A stretch of 63,744 nt of DNA, the filler included, from Reticulomyxa filosa (taxonomy: Eukaryota > Protista > Foraminifera), in NCBI GenBank assembly GCA_000512085.1. It is 21 parts of 21 records of this genome, joined end to end, with 100 filler letters (N's around TTAATTAATTAA, not from the genome) between each part and the next. Parts side by side here need not be neighbours in the genome. Positions count along the whole stretch, not along the records: positions 10,421 to 13,197 come from ASPP01024011.1; positions 13,298 to 15,166 come from ASPP01036214.1; positions 15,267 to 20,772 come from ASPP01012585.1; positions 20,873 to 26,651 come from ASPP01004248.1; 17 more parts are not named here. One strand, 5' to 3'. The stretch's first letter is position 1. Every line of letters begins with the position of its first letter. Position numbers and translations under genes: made by a program. This document shows, in pieces, positions 11,258 through 24,708 of this stretch. The notes beneath the pieces are model-generated. The model saw nothing but the letters and a program-made list of their open reading frames with translations, was not told where the DNA came from and ran no database searches.

Positions 11258-11876
11258 TTTAAATAGTGGACAAGATTTTTTTACTATACTTTTTCTGGTA
11301 CAGGGGAGATTTTTTTTTAAAAAAAAGCAGCACAGTACTGTCTAAATTGGAAAAGGTATATTTTGTCGAAAGGACTTTTTATATCCTCATAGCTGAAGCA
11401 CATTACATTTTTTCAATATCAAATGTATTCGAAACGAAATTAAAAAAGTAAAGAATAAAAAAAAGGCAAGCAGTCTCTCACACAATATCAACAGGGATTA
11501 CATTTTCAAGAAAGGTATTTCAATAGTGTTTTTTTTTAGTTAGATATGATTCAAACATGACAATACAGACATGCACACATCACATCTCTCGTAGCTGACA
11601 ACTGCTATAAAAAAAATTAAAACAGTAATTTGCACACGTATTTTCACTACGATTTGTCCACTTCTACTTAAAATAACTATCGTTATTTGTCAGTTTCACA
11701 AAGAGGAAAAAAAAAAAAAAAAAATGGAAATAATAAAAAATCCAAAGACAGAGGAGAGTGATAGCAACAGTAAAATAAAAATAAAAAATACGCACAAAAA
11801 AAAAAAAAAAAAAAAAAGACAAAAACGGAAAGAACATCATACGCACACACAACACAAGAAAATAAATTTCTTGGAT

Positions 11877-13197
11877 TCATAAACGAGTTTTTCTGAAAAA
11901 GGGATGCCATATTAAATCCTTTGAAGTCAATCTCTGCGAAGGATCCCAGGCTAAACACTTAACGATTAGATCAATGAAGTGATCGAGAGCCTCTGTTTGT
12001 ATGGATTCTTTATCCAACTCCGAAGAAGGAACGGTTTGCGTGCAGTTCTTAGAAGAGTCACTTTCATCTTGCTGTCCTTTCTCCTCTTTTTCTTTGTCCT
12101 GCGTTTCCAAAGATGGTTCAGCAGTAGTTTTTGTGCCTTCATTGAGAGGATGATCTTCCGGTTTCTGCTTAAGGTTTATATCGGTGTTATCAGCAGGACT
12201 AGGATTCGAATTAGTATTAGTATTATTGGAATTGGAATTGGAGTTAGGAGGAGTAGTGGCATGTTCATTAGCATTGGATATCGTGTTTGAGGCTTTCTGA
12301 CTTTCACTCGGTTTTGAAAATACGGGTAAGTCAATAACGCAAGCCAAAGATTGTTTCAAGTGTTCAATACCTTTCCATGCTATCTGTTGGGGTACTCTTT
12401 TTTTAAATTCGACTTGTAGTACATCCTCGAAGCCATCGGATACGTAGTACTGTTTTCGCAAAGGGCTCACTTCTAAAAGATACTTGGGACACTGTCTTTT
12501 TTTTTTCGCACAAATTTTTTGTTTTAAATTGAAACAGTCAAAAAAAAAATTTAAAATAATAAATTATTACGTATACAAACCTACCCAATCAAAGACATCA
12601 TATCGAAATGGTCAAAGCCATAAAAGAGTGGAAAGCCAATCAGCATTTCGACCAATATGCAAGCATAGCTCCACACGTCCCATCGATCACTCACACACTG
12701 TGACAAGTGTAGTATTAGTTCTGGTGAATGATACATAATGGTGCCTAGTTCGCACCAACTGCTATACGTCATTTCCATCAGGGAAGTGTCACACAATCGT
12801 AGTGAACTGCCCAGGTCAGCCACAAATATTTTCCAGCATTTGTCCTTTACGCTCTGGATCAAAATGTTCTCTACCTTCAAGTCCATGCACTATCTGCCGA
12901 GAATGCAGCAGCCGCAGGCCATGTGCGATTTGAAACCCGACCTTTTTCACCGCTGCCAATGGCAATCCTCGTCGTGATCGGCAATAACACCCCGCAAGCA
13001 CATGATATAGCGTCGCGTCGCACTACAACCGAAACCAACCACTTAAAAAAAAATTTTCTAACTCTGAAAAAAAAAAAATTTGTTTTTTTTTTTTAAGTTA
13101 GGAAATTTTCTCTTTTTTTTTTTAGTTAGAATTTTTTTAACTTTTGGAAACACCAAGCATAAATGGTCTCCGTACATGAAATATTCCAATAGTGGAA
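11877..13197 (-). CDS. Ser/Thr protein kinase, CMGC (DYRK/CLK-like), 5' truncated, with a frameshift in the catalytic loop
   Basis: GLPLAAVKK..LHSRQIVH / DLKVENILI, ADLGSS, GTIMYHSPE, DVWSYACILVEM..GFPLF, a long insert, then DLIVKCLAWDPSQRLT..HPFF. Confidence 0.85.
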
Positions 13198-14386
13198 NNN
13201 NNNNNNNNNNNNNNNNNNNNNNNNNNNNNNNNNNNNNNNNNTTAATTAATTAANNNNNNNNNNNNNNNNNNNNNNNNNNNNNNNNNNNNNNNNNNNNGGA
13301 AACGTTTTTTGAAGTTGTGCAAGCATGATGATAATATAATTCAAAGCGAACCCTTCAATTGAACTGGAAAATTTTTGTGGTGACAGCTCTAATTGCGTTA
13401 GGTATCAAAACAATTGTTTATACAAAAAAGTAAAAGAGATTTGCATAATTTTATTTGAAATAAACCATTTATAAAAAAAAAATTCCGGGTTCATAAGTAC
13501 AAAAGTATTGTACTACATGTTTGAAGCAAAAAAAAAGCATGTTTATTCAAAACTGCATTATTTTCATTATAGCTTTCTAATGTCTTTGTCAATCTTAATT
13601 TCCACTTAAGCTGTTTTAATTTGATTCATAAAGTGCTTCAAGCATTCACAATGTTAGATCATGTTGAGCATAATACAACAAACGTTTCTTTAAGTTTATT
13701 GATTTACCTGCTGAAGAACCAGATACTTCATAACTTATCACTAAATATTCAAACGCATCCTTTTGTTGAGAAAATTTCGTTTTTTAAACAATTCCTGATT
13801 TAGAAAAAAAAAAAATAAGAAACTACGTTACAGTCTATTTCAAAAATTATGTCTTTGAGAAGTGATTTCGGAAAAACTAAAGAATACTAAAAAGAAGGAC
13901 AAGCATAGCTTGCAAATCGTTTAGCTTTCATTTTACTTTAATCAAAGTCAGCTTTTTGAAACGATCACAATTTTATGAAATAGTTGACTACTGTGTCGAC
14001 TCAAAGAAGACGGTTGAATGATTAAGTGAAGTATGACAACTAGATTGAAAATAAAAATGATGGTAAATGAATAAAGTAGTAAAAAAGAATGAATAAAATA
14101 AAGTAATGTTAATTTTTATGACTATATTTAACACTGATTGTATATGGTGTTATAAAAAAATATTACTATTCATATCATAAACTCAGAAATGAGTACAAAT
14201 TGGTATGTTCGCAACATAGTTTGCATTTAATAGTAAAAATAACTTTTTTAATTAATTTTTTTTTCAAATAGTGTGATTTTTGTACTAAAAAAAAAATTAG
14301 AATTGCCAAAAAAAAAAAACTCCAGAATAAATTACTCTACATCATCTAATTAAGAAACCAAGAACCAAAAGGAAGAAACAAGTAAG

Positions 14387-15166
14387 ATGGAAGAAGAGAA
14401 AAGCAAAGACAATGCGGAAATGGAATTGCAGTCAATTCCCGAACAACAGTCTTGCTTTGACAAAAATTGGATTTTACAATTGAACAAACAGGAACCCATT
14501 CGCGATGTTATTTGTTTGATTTGCAAACAAGTGGCCAACAACCCAATGGAAATTAATTGTACTCAACATAAAAACATGGATGAATCATTGATCGTTGGAG
14601 AGAATTGTTTGAATATCAGGTATCATTATTTATTCACGATATCAAATAAAACAATGTATGTCCATCTTGAAAAAATACAAATAGGATGAAATTAGAAAAT
14701 TAAATTGGAAAATGAAACATTCAAAGTGGAGTTACAATTGAAAGGCAAAAAAGATGAAGAGATTGCACATTTGAAACAACAATTGGATCAATATCAAAAA
14801 GAAAATTTACAATTAATTTTTGCTCAGGCTTGTTACATTTTTATTTTTGTTTTCATTTGATTCAAAAATATGAAAGCAAAAAATGACAATATAATAATAA
14901 TGATTAAACAGAAAACAACATTTGTTGAAATTGAAAAATTAAAAAAAGATATCGAATCAAAGGACAATGAAATTAATAAAATAAAACAAGAAATTCAATG
15001 GAAACAAAAACAAATAATTCAACAAATTCATGAAAATAAAGAAGAACAAACACAAAATATTATTGACACATCATCCACTTTAGATTTTCAATTACTACGT
15101 TCTTTTCAATTACTTAATACATTCACTGGACATACAAAAGCTGTGTATAGTATTGATTATTCAACA
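14387..15166 (+). pseudogene. RING/TRAF-type zinc finger + coiled coil + WD40 family member, internally deleted and 3' truncated
   Basis: SCFDKNWIL..ICLICKQVANNPMEINCTQH..IVGENCL breaks off before the finger is complete. A K/E/Q coiled coil follows, then the WD40 start LLNTFTGHTKAVYSIDYS. Confidence 0.75.
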
Positions 15167-15266
15167 NNNNNNNNNNNNNNNNNNNNNNNNNNNNNNNNNN
15201 NNNNNNNNNNTTAATTAATTAANNNNNNNNNNNNNNNNNNNNNNNNNNNNNNNNNNNNNNNNNNNN

Positions 15267-15742
15267 GAAGGACTACTGCTTTTTCTAACACATTTCAATA
15301 GACCATCAAAAAAAAAAAAAATAGAGTTTCAAGAGCGAATGGCTGAAGAATTGGAGCCAAAAAAAAAAAAAAAAATTCTTTTTTGAACTTTGCAGCTTTT
15401 TTTTGTCAACTTTTTGGGGGCAACAACATTTTGCCGCGTTAGCTTTACTTTCGATTTGGCTCCGCAATGCTCTGTCTCTTTTTCCATTGCTTCCGCTTTT
15501 AAATACTTTTCTTCTGAAAAACCAAAGGTCATCACTATTTTACAAGATATCATGTCCTTCTCGATGTTTTCCATTTGTGGGAAAATCTGGTTCAACCAGT
15601 ACATCAAAGGCTTTGTTATTGGATTATTAGGGTCTTGTGGGTTTTCACATTGTTTGTTCTTTGTTTGCATCCATACTGTCGCTTCAACATTATTATTTGT
15701 ATTTTTGCTTGAGCCATGGGATATCAAACCAAGACTTGCCAT
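15267..15742 (-). CDS. Hypothetical protein, 5' part, divergent from ICMT
   Basis: 137-aa ORF with an AAAATG start context and normal composition, running into a T-rich probable intron. No recognisable motif. Confidence 0.5.
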
Positions 15743-16130
15743 TTTGAACTAACAAATTTTCAAAAAGGGAGAAGAACAAATATAAACGACGTCTATCTAT
15801 CCTTTTACATCACTACAATTAAGATACGTGGTTGCTGCAAAAAATAAATTTAAATTTATTTTTAGTAAATCACAGTTTATTCCTTTTTTGTATTTCGGAG
15901 TTCAGCAATTTCAATTTTGCTTCATCTAACAACAAAACTATTCTTAGAAGCCAAAATTACTTGATTGAAAAAATAATAGCGCTGGAAATATTTTTTAACG
16001 GGTGTGGCACTTATTAGCTGTTACAAAAGCGAAGAAAACGTTGCCTGACTCCAAGTTGAAAAAATCCTCTAACAAAAGGAAAAAATAAGTTTTTTGTTTG
16101 TATCATCCAACAATGAACATATAATCAAAC

Positions 16131-17132
16131 ATGTCTTTTCAAGAGGATATAAGTACAACACAATCCAAATCTTTACATAATGGCAGCAGTCAAAATAATA
16201 ATGAACTCCGACCAGTGACGTTACTGCAAAGGATCAAAAACAACCGGCAATTTGCAAGTCCTACCGGTTTAGCAAGAAACACGATAGGTGGATGGCTGCT
16301 AGGATTTATATTTGCATGTGGAATAGCATTAATGATAATAGGAGTGAACACAAATGAATGGGGTGTAAAAGAGAAAAATAGTTCAAATGCGGCAACAAGT
16401 GAGCCAAATGTTTATTATTATTTATTACCTTTCAGCGTGTATTTAATAATTTCCAGCGTTTTTTATTCAAGTGAATTTTTATGGCATGCCATATTTCATC
16501 CAATGACGTTGGATTTTGATGCATTTATCTTATATACACATAGCAAGGCATTTCATTATGCATTATTGGCATCAATGATTGAATATATGCTTGAATTGAA
16601 ATTTTGCCGAACCTATTTGAAATCATTCAGTATTATTCACGTTATAGGATTAGTTTTAGTTTGTGCCGGGCAAGTGACGCGCTCCGTGGCAATGTATACT
16701 GCTGGAAACAACTTTACCCATTTAATTGCCACCGAAAAGCAGACCAATCACCGTTTGGTTACACATGGCATTTACAAATATTTTCGGCATCCATCTTATA
16801 TGGGCTGGTTTTATTGGAGCATTGGGACACAATTACTCTTGTGCAATCCCATTTGTTTCATCGCCTATTCGGCTGCGTCTTGGAATTTTTTCAAAGCAAG
16901 AATTCCGTTTCGTATATTTTGAACTGTTGTTCGATACAATACAAAACATAATATAATTTTTGTATTTTTATTTTATTTTTGCAATGTAAATAGATACGAG
17001 GAAAAATATCTACTTCAGTTTTTTGGAAGGGAATACTATGATTATAAACAAGTTACTCCTATCGGCATTCCTTTTCTGGAAGAAAGCATTGAAAAAGAGA
17101 ATCAAGCAGAAAATGCAGGAAAATCGTCTTAG
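16131..17132 (+). CDS. ICMT: Isoprenylcysteine carboxyl methyltransferase (2 exons, complete)
   Basis: AMYTAGNNFTH, HRLVTHGIYKYFRHPSYMGWFYWSIGTQLLLCNP. After a GT-AG intron (~16907-16993) it continues YEEKYLLQFFGREYYDYKQVTPIGIPF, with a stop at 17130-17132. Confidence 0.96.
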
Positions 17133-17652
17133 GAGATGCAATTTCATTCAAAAACAAAACATCAGTTACATCTTTGGGAATTTTTACGAATTCGTGTTTG
17201 TACTGTTGTTTTGATTCAAGTTGCAGTCATACTTTTTCATTTACCTACTTTTGAAAAAATATGTTATTTTCCATGGTTTGTGATTAACATTCAACAAAAA
17301 ATAAGCTCCCAAACTTCTTTAAAAAAAGTTCTTACTGTCATTGGACGTTCTTCTTACTATTTTGGTTGCAAATTCTTTTTGACAGATGCTATTTACGTAG
17401 TTTAGCTGATTTTCTTTATCATTGAAGAGTTTTGCAGTGGTCAGCTGTGCAGTCGACTCAACAATATAAGAATGAGGAAAAAAAAACCAAAAAGTAACAA
17501 ACAAAAAGTCATGGCACATCACAAAAAAACACACAAAGCAGATGGAAGGGAAAAAAAAAGCAAAAACTAGTATGTCCTCACATTTCAAAAAAGTCTTCTA
17601 ATTTTTGCCTGGGTAATCTCTACAAATCATGAAAGTAAGTAAACAAAAGACT

Positions 17653-20640
17653 TTAAAATTTATCATCCCAATTCAGCAACGAGGGATTATCGACTGCTTC
17701 ATCAACTTCTTGAGGTGGTGTTACTCTTGGAAAATATCTTAAGTCAGTGTCTGAAGTTAGAGTTGGAACATAAGGCGCAGGGATCTCTCTTCTTTCCATC
17801 TTTTCCCAATCAAAGCCCTGAACAGAAGAAATTTAAAAAAATGTATCTTTTTTTTGAGGTTTCTTTCCTTTTGGTCAATTTTTTTTTTTTTTTTTTGCTC
17901 CAAACTTTGAAAAAGGAATGTTTTTTGATTTCCTTTGCGCCTTGTGCCGAACCCAATCTTCGATAACAATTTTTTTCCAACAATTTTTCAACGAGATCCC
18001 TAAATTCGGCGGAACAACTTTTTGGAAATGCACAATTGTGGGCAATAATTTTTGATACATTTTACGTGCTCATCGTCTTCAAAGGGTGGAGAACCCGCAA
18101 CCATTTCGTATAGTAACACGCCTAACGTCCACCAGTCTACTGCAAATCCTTGGACCCAGCCGTGAAGTAATTCAGGCGCCAAATATTGTGGTGTTCCGCA
18201 AAGAGTCGTCGTGCTGACGAAAAAACAACAAACATTAAATTTTATAAAAAAAGAAAAAAAAAAAGGTAAATTTTTTTTAGCAACGTACACATTTCTTTTC
18301 TTTGCAAAGCCGAAATCGGTAAGTACAAGATAACCATTGGAATCAATTAAGAGCTGTGTGACACATAAAAAACGCTGGGTAAGTTTAGAATGACAAGATT
18401 TAAAAAAGGCATGAATGTGTGTATAATGTGATAGTAAAGAAAAGGAAGAAACAAACAAATCAAAATCAAACCAAACAAAAAACAGACATTCTCAGGTTTT
18501 AGGTCTCTGTAAATGATATCCTTGGAATGGATATGTTCAAATGCCAAAATGACACAAGCGGCATAAAAGCGAGAAGTAGTTCATCAAAATTCTGCTGTTG
18601 TCTCATAATTGTATACAATTCCCCACCCAACACCATTGTCTGCAAAAAAAAATACTGAAGTTTCGGTTTTGTACGTAGCATATCTATGTAACGCGGCCAT
18701 TCATTGTTTGTCTAAATCGAAACCAAATTTTGAAAATTGATAAATGGTGCATATGCACTATACACAAAACAAAAAAAACAACAACAAAAATAACAAAAAA
18801 CTCAACAGCTTGACGCAAAAGGGAGAATCCAATAGGCTCATGACTCTCTTTTCATTGAGAATGTGCCCAATTTGACCGGTATTGACAACCCTGACTTTGG
18901 ACACTTCTTTTAAAGCAAAGATTTGCTTGGTTTCGTTTTCACGCACTAAAGACACTTTTCCAAATGAGCCGAAGCCAACTAAAGCAATACTTTGCAAATC
19001 TCGCAATTGAAACGGAACTCGATTTTCAAAGGTCGAGGGGAGTTCGGAGTCGACCACTTCCTCATCTACGTGAATGTGTGTTCCCTGTGAAGCCATTATC
19101 AATCGAAAATCGTCGAGAGCGATACGCAGTAATTTGACCTCTGCTCCTTCCGCGCGTGCAGAGGAAAGCACCAATTCTTCGTCTGATACTTGGTACAGTT
19201 TTCGTCCAAACACGTCCCCAGGATTCAATTCGCTTGACACAATGTCCAACCCAAATTCTGATCCCTTTACGCGCTCTTTCTCAATCATCACACATCCCTA
19301 TGTGATCAATACGACACCAACGTAAAAAGTGGCCCACGAGTCATGTGACACACAAATAGAAACACAGAAAAAGGGGAGGGATCATCAACTGATTGAACAA
19401 TAAAAATGTCATTACACACAATATCGGGTGTTAAAATTTGTTGTTCGTGATGGTATACTTGTGTCCAGCATGCATGTGTCAGATTTAGCAATTCGTGATC
19501 TTCCAGCTTGGCTGTTTTTTTTTTTTTTAAAAAAAAAAAGGGGGAGACTTAAAAAAAGTTTTTTTTTTTTTTTTTTGAGAATGAACGAAACCCGCACGTA
19601 CAGATGAAACGAAGGAACAGTATTTTTTTTTTTTTTTAAGAAAAAAAAAATAAATAACTGAAAAGGGGAATTCTTCGCAAAAATCTCCTCTCTTTGTAAA
19701 AATCGATCTACATTCCATTGCGCCATTTTTGTACGAATGGCGTTGAAATCCATGGCTTCCAGCCCCCAGGCAGTGGAGGGCTGTGTGGCCTTTAACGTCG
19801 CGGTTCTGGGGGTACGATACATGAGTGCATATTCACCAACAGCATCTTTGGGTCCCGCCTCTCCAACTTTAATTTCAATGCCATCGTCCTCTTTTACAAG
19901 TATGTCGAACATACCTTTTTCAATCAAATAAAACGCGTCACCGACCTCACCTTGGGCGATCAGTATGTCATTGGGTTGCAGTTGCACTGGTTTCATCAAG
20001 CCGACCAATTTCGTCAGCATTCGTTCTCTTTGTTCGTCATCAACACTAGAGAAAAGATCGTTGGTTCGCAATACGTCTTTCAAAAACTTATTCAATTCGC
20101 CAATACAAATTTCATACATTTTATAAATTTACAAACACAAAAAAAAAAAAAAATACGACTTTTTTTTTTTACGTATAACTCAAACGAATAGCAAACACAA
20201 CAGCGCGTCATTTTACTAAACTTCGACTGGTTTTTCTACGCCTTCTCTAACCAGGTCACCAAACGCCTTGTTCACAGACAACACGCTGCTGCCACACCTC
20301 TCCAAGAGCGGGGGTTTGGTGCTGGTTAACGTATTGCGCTTTGCCAGGGTGAGATTAAAGTATCTTGTGTGTCGCCGTTTGTGAAACTTGCTAAGTTCAG
20401 CTCCATCCACAGGGCTAGGAGAGGTTGTTGCTATTCCCGCCTACACAAAAAAAAAAAAAAGATTTTTGCTGAGTAAGCAAAATTTTCATCTTTGTGTTCT
20501 CTAATTTTGCCTTTCTTCTCTTGTTTTCTCTATTTTATTGTATTCATACCTGATCTTGATTTCGTTCTTTCGACGCTTTGGCATATTTAGGTGCGTCACT
20601 CGATTCTTCTTTTCCGTCTTCGCCAATTCGCCCTAACTGG
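17653..20640 (-). CDS. PKG: cGMP-dependent protein kinase (two cNMP-binding domains + AGC kinase), multi-exon, 5' truncated
   Basis: cNMP cassette [14 protein letters not shown] (the Thr after Arg favours cGMP). Kinase motifs [42 protein letters not shown] tail GFDWEKM..PAPYVP..WDDKF*. Several 1-nt frameshifts. Confidence 0.9.
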
Positions 20641-20872
20641 AAAAGGGGAAGGGGGCAATGATAAAGTTCAAAAAAAATATATATATGTATATGTATGTTT
20701 ATATAAATATGTAAATGTGTATATGTATAAGTATGTAAAAAAAATTAAACTCAAAAAAAAAAAAAAAAACGANNNNNNNNNNNNNNNNNNNNNNNNNNNN
20801 NNNNNNNNNNNNNNNNTTAATTAATTAANNNNNNNNNNNNNNNNNNNNNNNNNNNNNNNNNNNNNNNNNNNN

Positions 20873-21895
20873 TTTTTTTTTTTTTTGAAGACAAAATCAA
20901 ACCTGAAAAAAGGTAAAATACGCATTGAACAGCTTAGAACGTACAACAACTCACGACGTGTTTGGAGTTCTTTGTTGCTGATAACCTCATGACGCCAAGG
21001 TATTGTGGAGATATTTGTCACACCAAAAAAGTGATCACGAGAATTTAAGCCTGTATTATTGTAATTAATCAATTCATTAGATTTTTGTTCTTTTTGTACA
21101 TGCATTCACACTGGAGATATTTGCATGTAGCGCATGTACCAAAAAGAAAAGTGAAAAGATACGTCAATGTACACATTATAACAGACCAAAGCTTGAGTTG
21201 AGGGATTTGGTTTCAATATTTTCATCCGACTTTCCGAACAATGCCATAAAATGGGTGTCACTAATACCAAATTCGTCACAAACATTTTCCAAAACTTCCA
21301 AAAATAATTTTGTTGGAACAAAATAAAATCCCAATCTTCTCTTTCGAACCAAATGGAACCAACGCAGCGCGAAAATTAGACTTGCTTCAATGGGTAAATC
21401 TAGAGCCAATGCAGCTTTCGTTTTTATTATTATTATTGTTTTTGTTTTTTTTTTACTTTGGCTCAATTTGTGCCATTTTGCTTTTTTTTTTTTTATGTAT
21501 ACATTGTGAAGGTATTTCTATCATTTGTATTTCATACATGACGTTGTTGCACCGGCTGACACTCCTGCAAGATCAACATTGGAAAGATCAAATTGATCTT
21601 GCAAATATGCTGCAACACCTGTTACATTGTTTTTATTCCTTTGCAGACATAAATTAGATGCTCTTGTTCTTCTTTTTTTAATTTTGCCTTTTTTTTTACC
21701 TTGAAAATAAAAACCGCGAAATCCTGCTCCTGAGAAAGAAAGAAGAACCTTATTTTTTGATTGGAGAGGTTGAAAGTCGTTTCGAGTTTTCTTTTTACGC
21801 CGAAATAGCTTTATTAAAAAGATGCTTAATAATAAAACGAACAGAAATGATGCTGAACGAAGTCGTAACAAACTTATTGCCTTCTGAAACCGCAT
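20873..21895 (-). CDS. Patatin-like phospholipase/lipase (PNPLA family), 3' truncated
   Basis: Oxyanion loop LSFSGAGFRGFYFQG, nucleophile motif AGVSAG (GxSxG), GVTN and LSCSMRILPFF. Hydrophobic N-terminal segment. Confidence 0.88.
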
Positions 21896-22146
21896 TTGCT
21901 GCGAGTTTTTTTTGTATCAACGCAAGTTCCAAAGAGTTATACTTCAGCAAACTAGATCAAAACAAAGGATTTTGCATTTATGTCGCAACTATTATAAAAC
22001 ATTGTTAAATTGCTTTGGTCTCACTGAAAGAAGAGCACACATGTAATTCCGTATGAACTAAGGTTCCGTAAGTATGCAGACGTTCACTTTCAAAAACGGA
22101 AACCCCCCTTTTCCCTTCCCCCCCTCAAAATAAGCTACATTATAAA

Positions 22147-23530
22147 ATGGCACAGCCCAACAAGACAAAATCTGTCATCTTGAATGAGAACGTAATCAAG
22201 GCATTCGGTATGAGCAAAGTGTTTCGGAATCTACCAACTGTGGGAACTTCAACCAACAACAAATCCAAGGAAAAGGAGAAGCAATCAACATCAGGAAATG
22301 AAGAACTGAGAATAACCGGGATGGACATAGACAACAGTGGGCAATATATTGTAACGTGCGACAATGACAATTGTATCAAATTTTATGATTGTTTAATCCC
22401 CAAGTTTGTGAAACCTCTTTGAAACAAACAGCACCATAATCTTATTTCATTTTCTCTGATCACGTGGAAAAGCTCCGTATTTTCGCACTTTTTTTTCCCA
22501 GTTTTTTTTTTTTTTTTTTTTTGTGTCTTGCAAAAGAAGACGAAAACAGAAGAAAAAAAAAAAAGAAAAACAAAACAGGTTACAGAAAACGGTGTACGTA
22601 AAAAATTTCGGTGTGGAATGCATTCAATTTACCCATCATAACAAATGTATATTAATGGGCTGCACGAAAGACCACGCAATACGATATCACAGTTTGCACG
22701 ACAATGTGTACTTGCGAACGTTTAGTGGACACACGGAAAAGATAACACACGTGAATATGCACCCGTTATCAGACCAATTCATGTCCTGTTCATTTGACAA
22801 AAGTATTAGGTTTTGGGATTTGAGGACGAGCGATTGCATAGCCAAACTGGAAGTTCCACAGAGACCAACCTGCGCGTACGACCGGGAAGGGTTGGTATTT
22901 GCCATTGGGACAGGAAAAAACGAATTAAAGTTATATGATAGTCGGCAATACGGAAGTGGCCCCTTTCAGACATTCAGTGACTTTCCAACTGAACCGAGTC
23001 ATGGTCGCGGTGACAATGCTCATAACCACAATGGCCATGGCGCAAACGAAAATGATAAAAGTCATTCCACCAATATACCAGGGACTCAGAGATATGAATG
23101 GAGCAATTTGGAATTTTCCCCCAATGGCAAACAAATATTGATCTCCACTCGCACAAATATGCTTATCTTAGTGGACGCTTTTGAGGGTAATGTGATACGT
23201 ACGTTAGAGTCGTTCGATAATAGCGAAAATAAAGACAGCTATGGCATATTCACTCCTGATAACTCTTTTGTATGCGTTCCTGAAAACGGGGATATTCATT
23301 TTTGGGACTTGAACAAATATCGAGATATTATTTGGAGAGGACATCCAAAGAAAATTGAAAGATTTCTATTTAATCCAAAATATTGTATGGCTGTCAGTGC
23401 GGCACAACATGTTGCCATTTGGTTGCCTGACGCCAAAAAAGTTCAACCACAGGTTCAAAACAAAGACGGAACTACCAATGAAAACATGAGTGTAATCAAG
23501 TCTTCGTTGAAAGGGAAGGGTAAAGACTGA
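22147..23530 (+). CDS. WDR82: WD repeat protein 82 / Swd2 (COMPASS and 3'-end/termination complexes), 2 exons
   Basis: CIQFTH, IRYHSLHDNVYLRTFSGH, SFDKSIRFWDLR, AYDREGLVFA, LYDSRQYGSGPFQTF, EFSPNGKQILIST, DAFEG, FNPKY. Intron 22404-22578. Confidence 0.95.
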
Positions 23531-24708
23531 TTTATCATCGCGCTGTTCTGCATGCTTGTCTCATGTTTGTTGAATTTTGGTTTGGCTCTTCTTTTCAAAT
23601 GTTGCATCACGAATTTTTTAAATTTTTTTTCTTGTGGTTGAAGAATAACCCTTTCTTATCCTTCTTTTGAAGTCATAACAGATGCATTAGTTTTTAACAT
23701 GAGGGTTTCGTGAAAATTGTATAATCGCATATTATACATCAAAGTAATGAGAATTTATTATGTACTTGATTATAACAACTATTGCAATTCAAAAAGTTTT
23801 TAAATATTATCCCAAATAAAGCACAAACTTCACAATGGTGAAAAAACACATCTGTAACGACTTCTAGTGTTAAAATATTTTTACTTTGATTTTTATGTTT
23901 TATTACCTTGATGCAAAAAAAACCACAAATTTTTTTGGTGATTTACTGCACAAGTCGTTCGTATCTGCTCAAGAAACTGACTTTGTTTCCCAAAACTGGC
24001 AAAAAGAGAATGTAAGGTTTCACTTGTATTCATAGTTTGGTTTTTTGAACTGTTTTTGATGAATCAATATTTCATTGGCTAATTAAAACCAAATTTTTTG
24101 GGTTATTTTTTGCAAGAAATAATAAATATGAAAGTTTTGCTGTTTCTTATCTCTTGAAGTAATTGGATATCGTTTATGAATTCTGCAGACAAATTTGTGA
24201 TATACACATAAAAAAAATATTAGTTATGGTTTTGTTAAAAAATGTATGCAATGGCAGAATTTCCATAAAAGAGAAGAATTTTAGAGAACAGCAATACAAT
24301 TTACTCTTCCTACATCAATTTTAATTTTTCTATACAATTTTTGAGTATCCCTAGTTTTACTTTTGGCCTTTTTTACCTTTGAATAAACAAAAAAAATCGT
24401 TAACTAACTTTGTAACATTTAGGGTATTCCACAATAAATAAGCTTACGTGGATTTTACACGCAAAATTTTGGCCGTTTTCTGAAAGAAAAGAGACGTTTT
24501 TCCAAACTCTTCAACAGTGTTTCTACTTTCATGTGGTAGCTGATTTTCTTACTTAAAAAACCTATGTACACGTACGGAAATAGTTATTTTCTCTGATAAT
24601 GTTGCTATTTCGGATTCAATTTGCTAAACAACCAAAAAAAAAAGGCGCTGACACCAAATCCTTGAGTAATAACGAGTATAGCAAAACAAAAAAGTGGTAT
24701 ACTCACTA

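Noticed and set aside
7654-17132. Apparent functional clusters (prenylated YKT6 near ICMT; lamin-like protein, SUN protein and dynein-like domain in one window)
   Set aside because: These lie on different contigs, so the adjacency is produced by concatenation.
17950-18600. Programmed frameshifting, RNA editing or an alternative genetic code to explain broken frames in PKG and other genes
   Set aside because: Most breaks are 1-nt indels at homopolymers, and contigs also tend to end at homopolymers, which points to sequencing error. TAA, TAG and TGA all terminate conserved genes normally.
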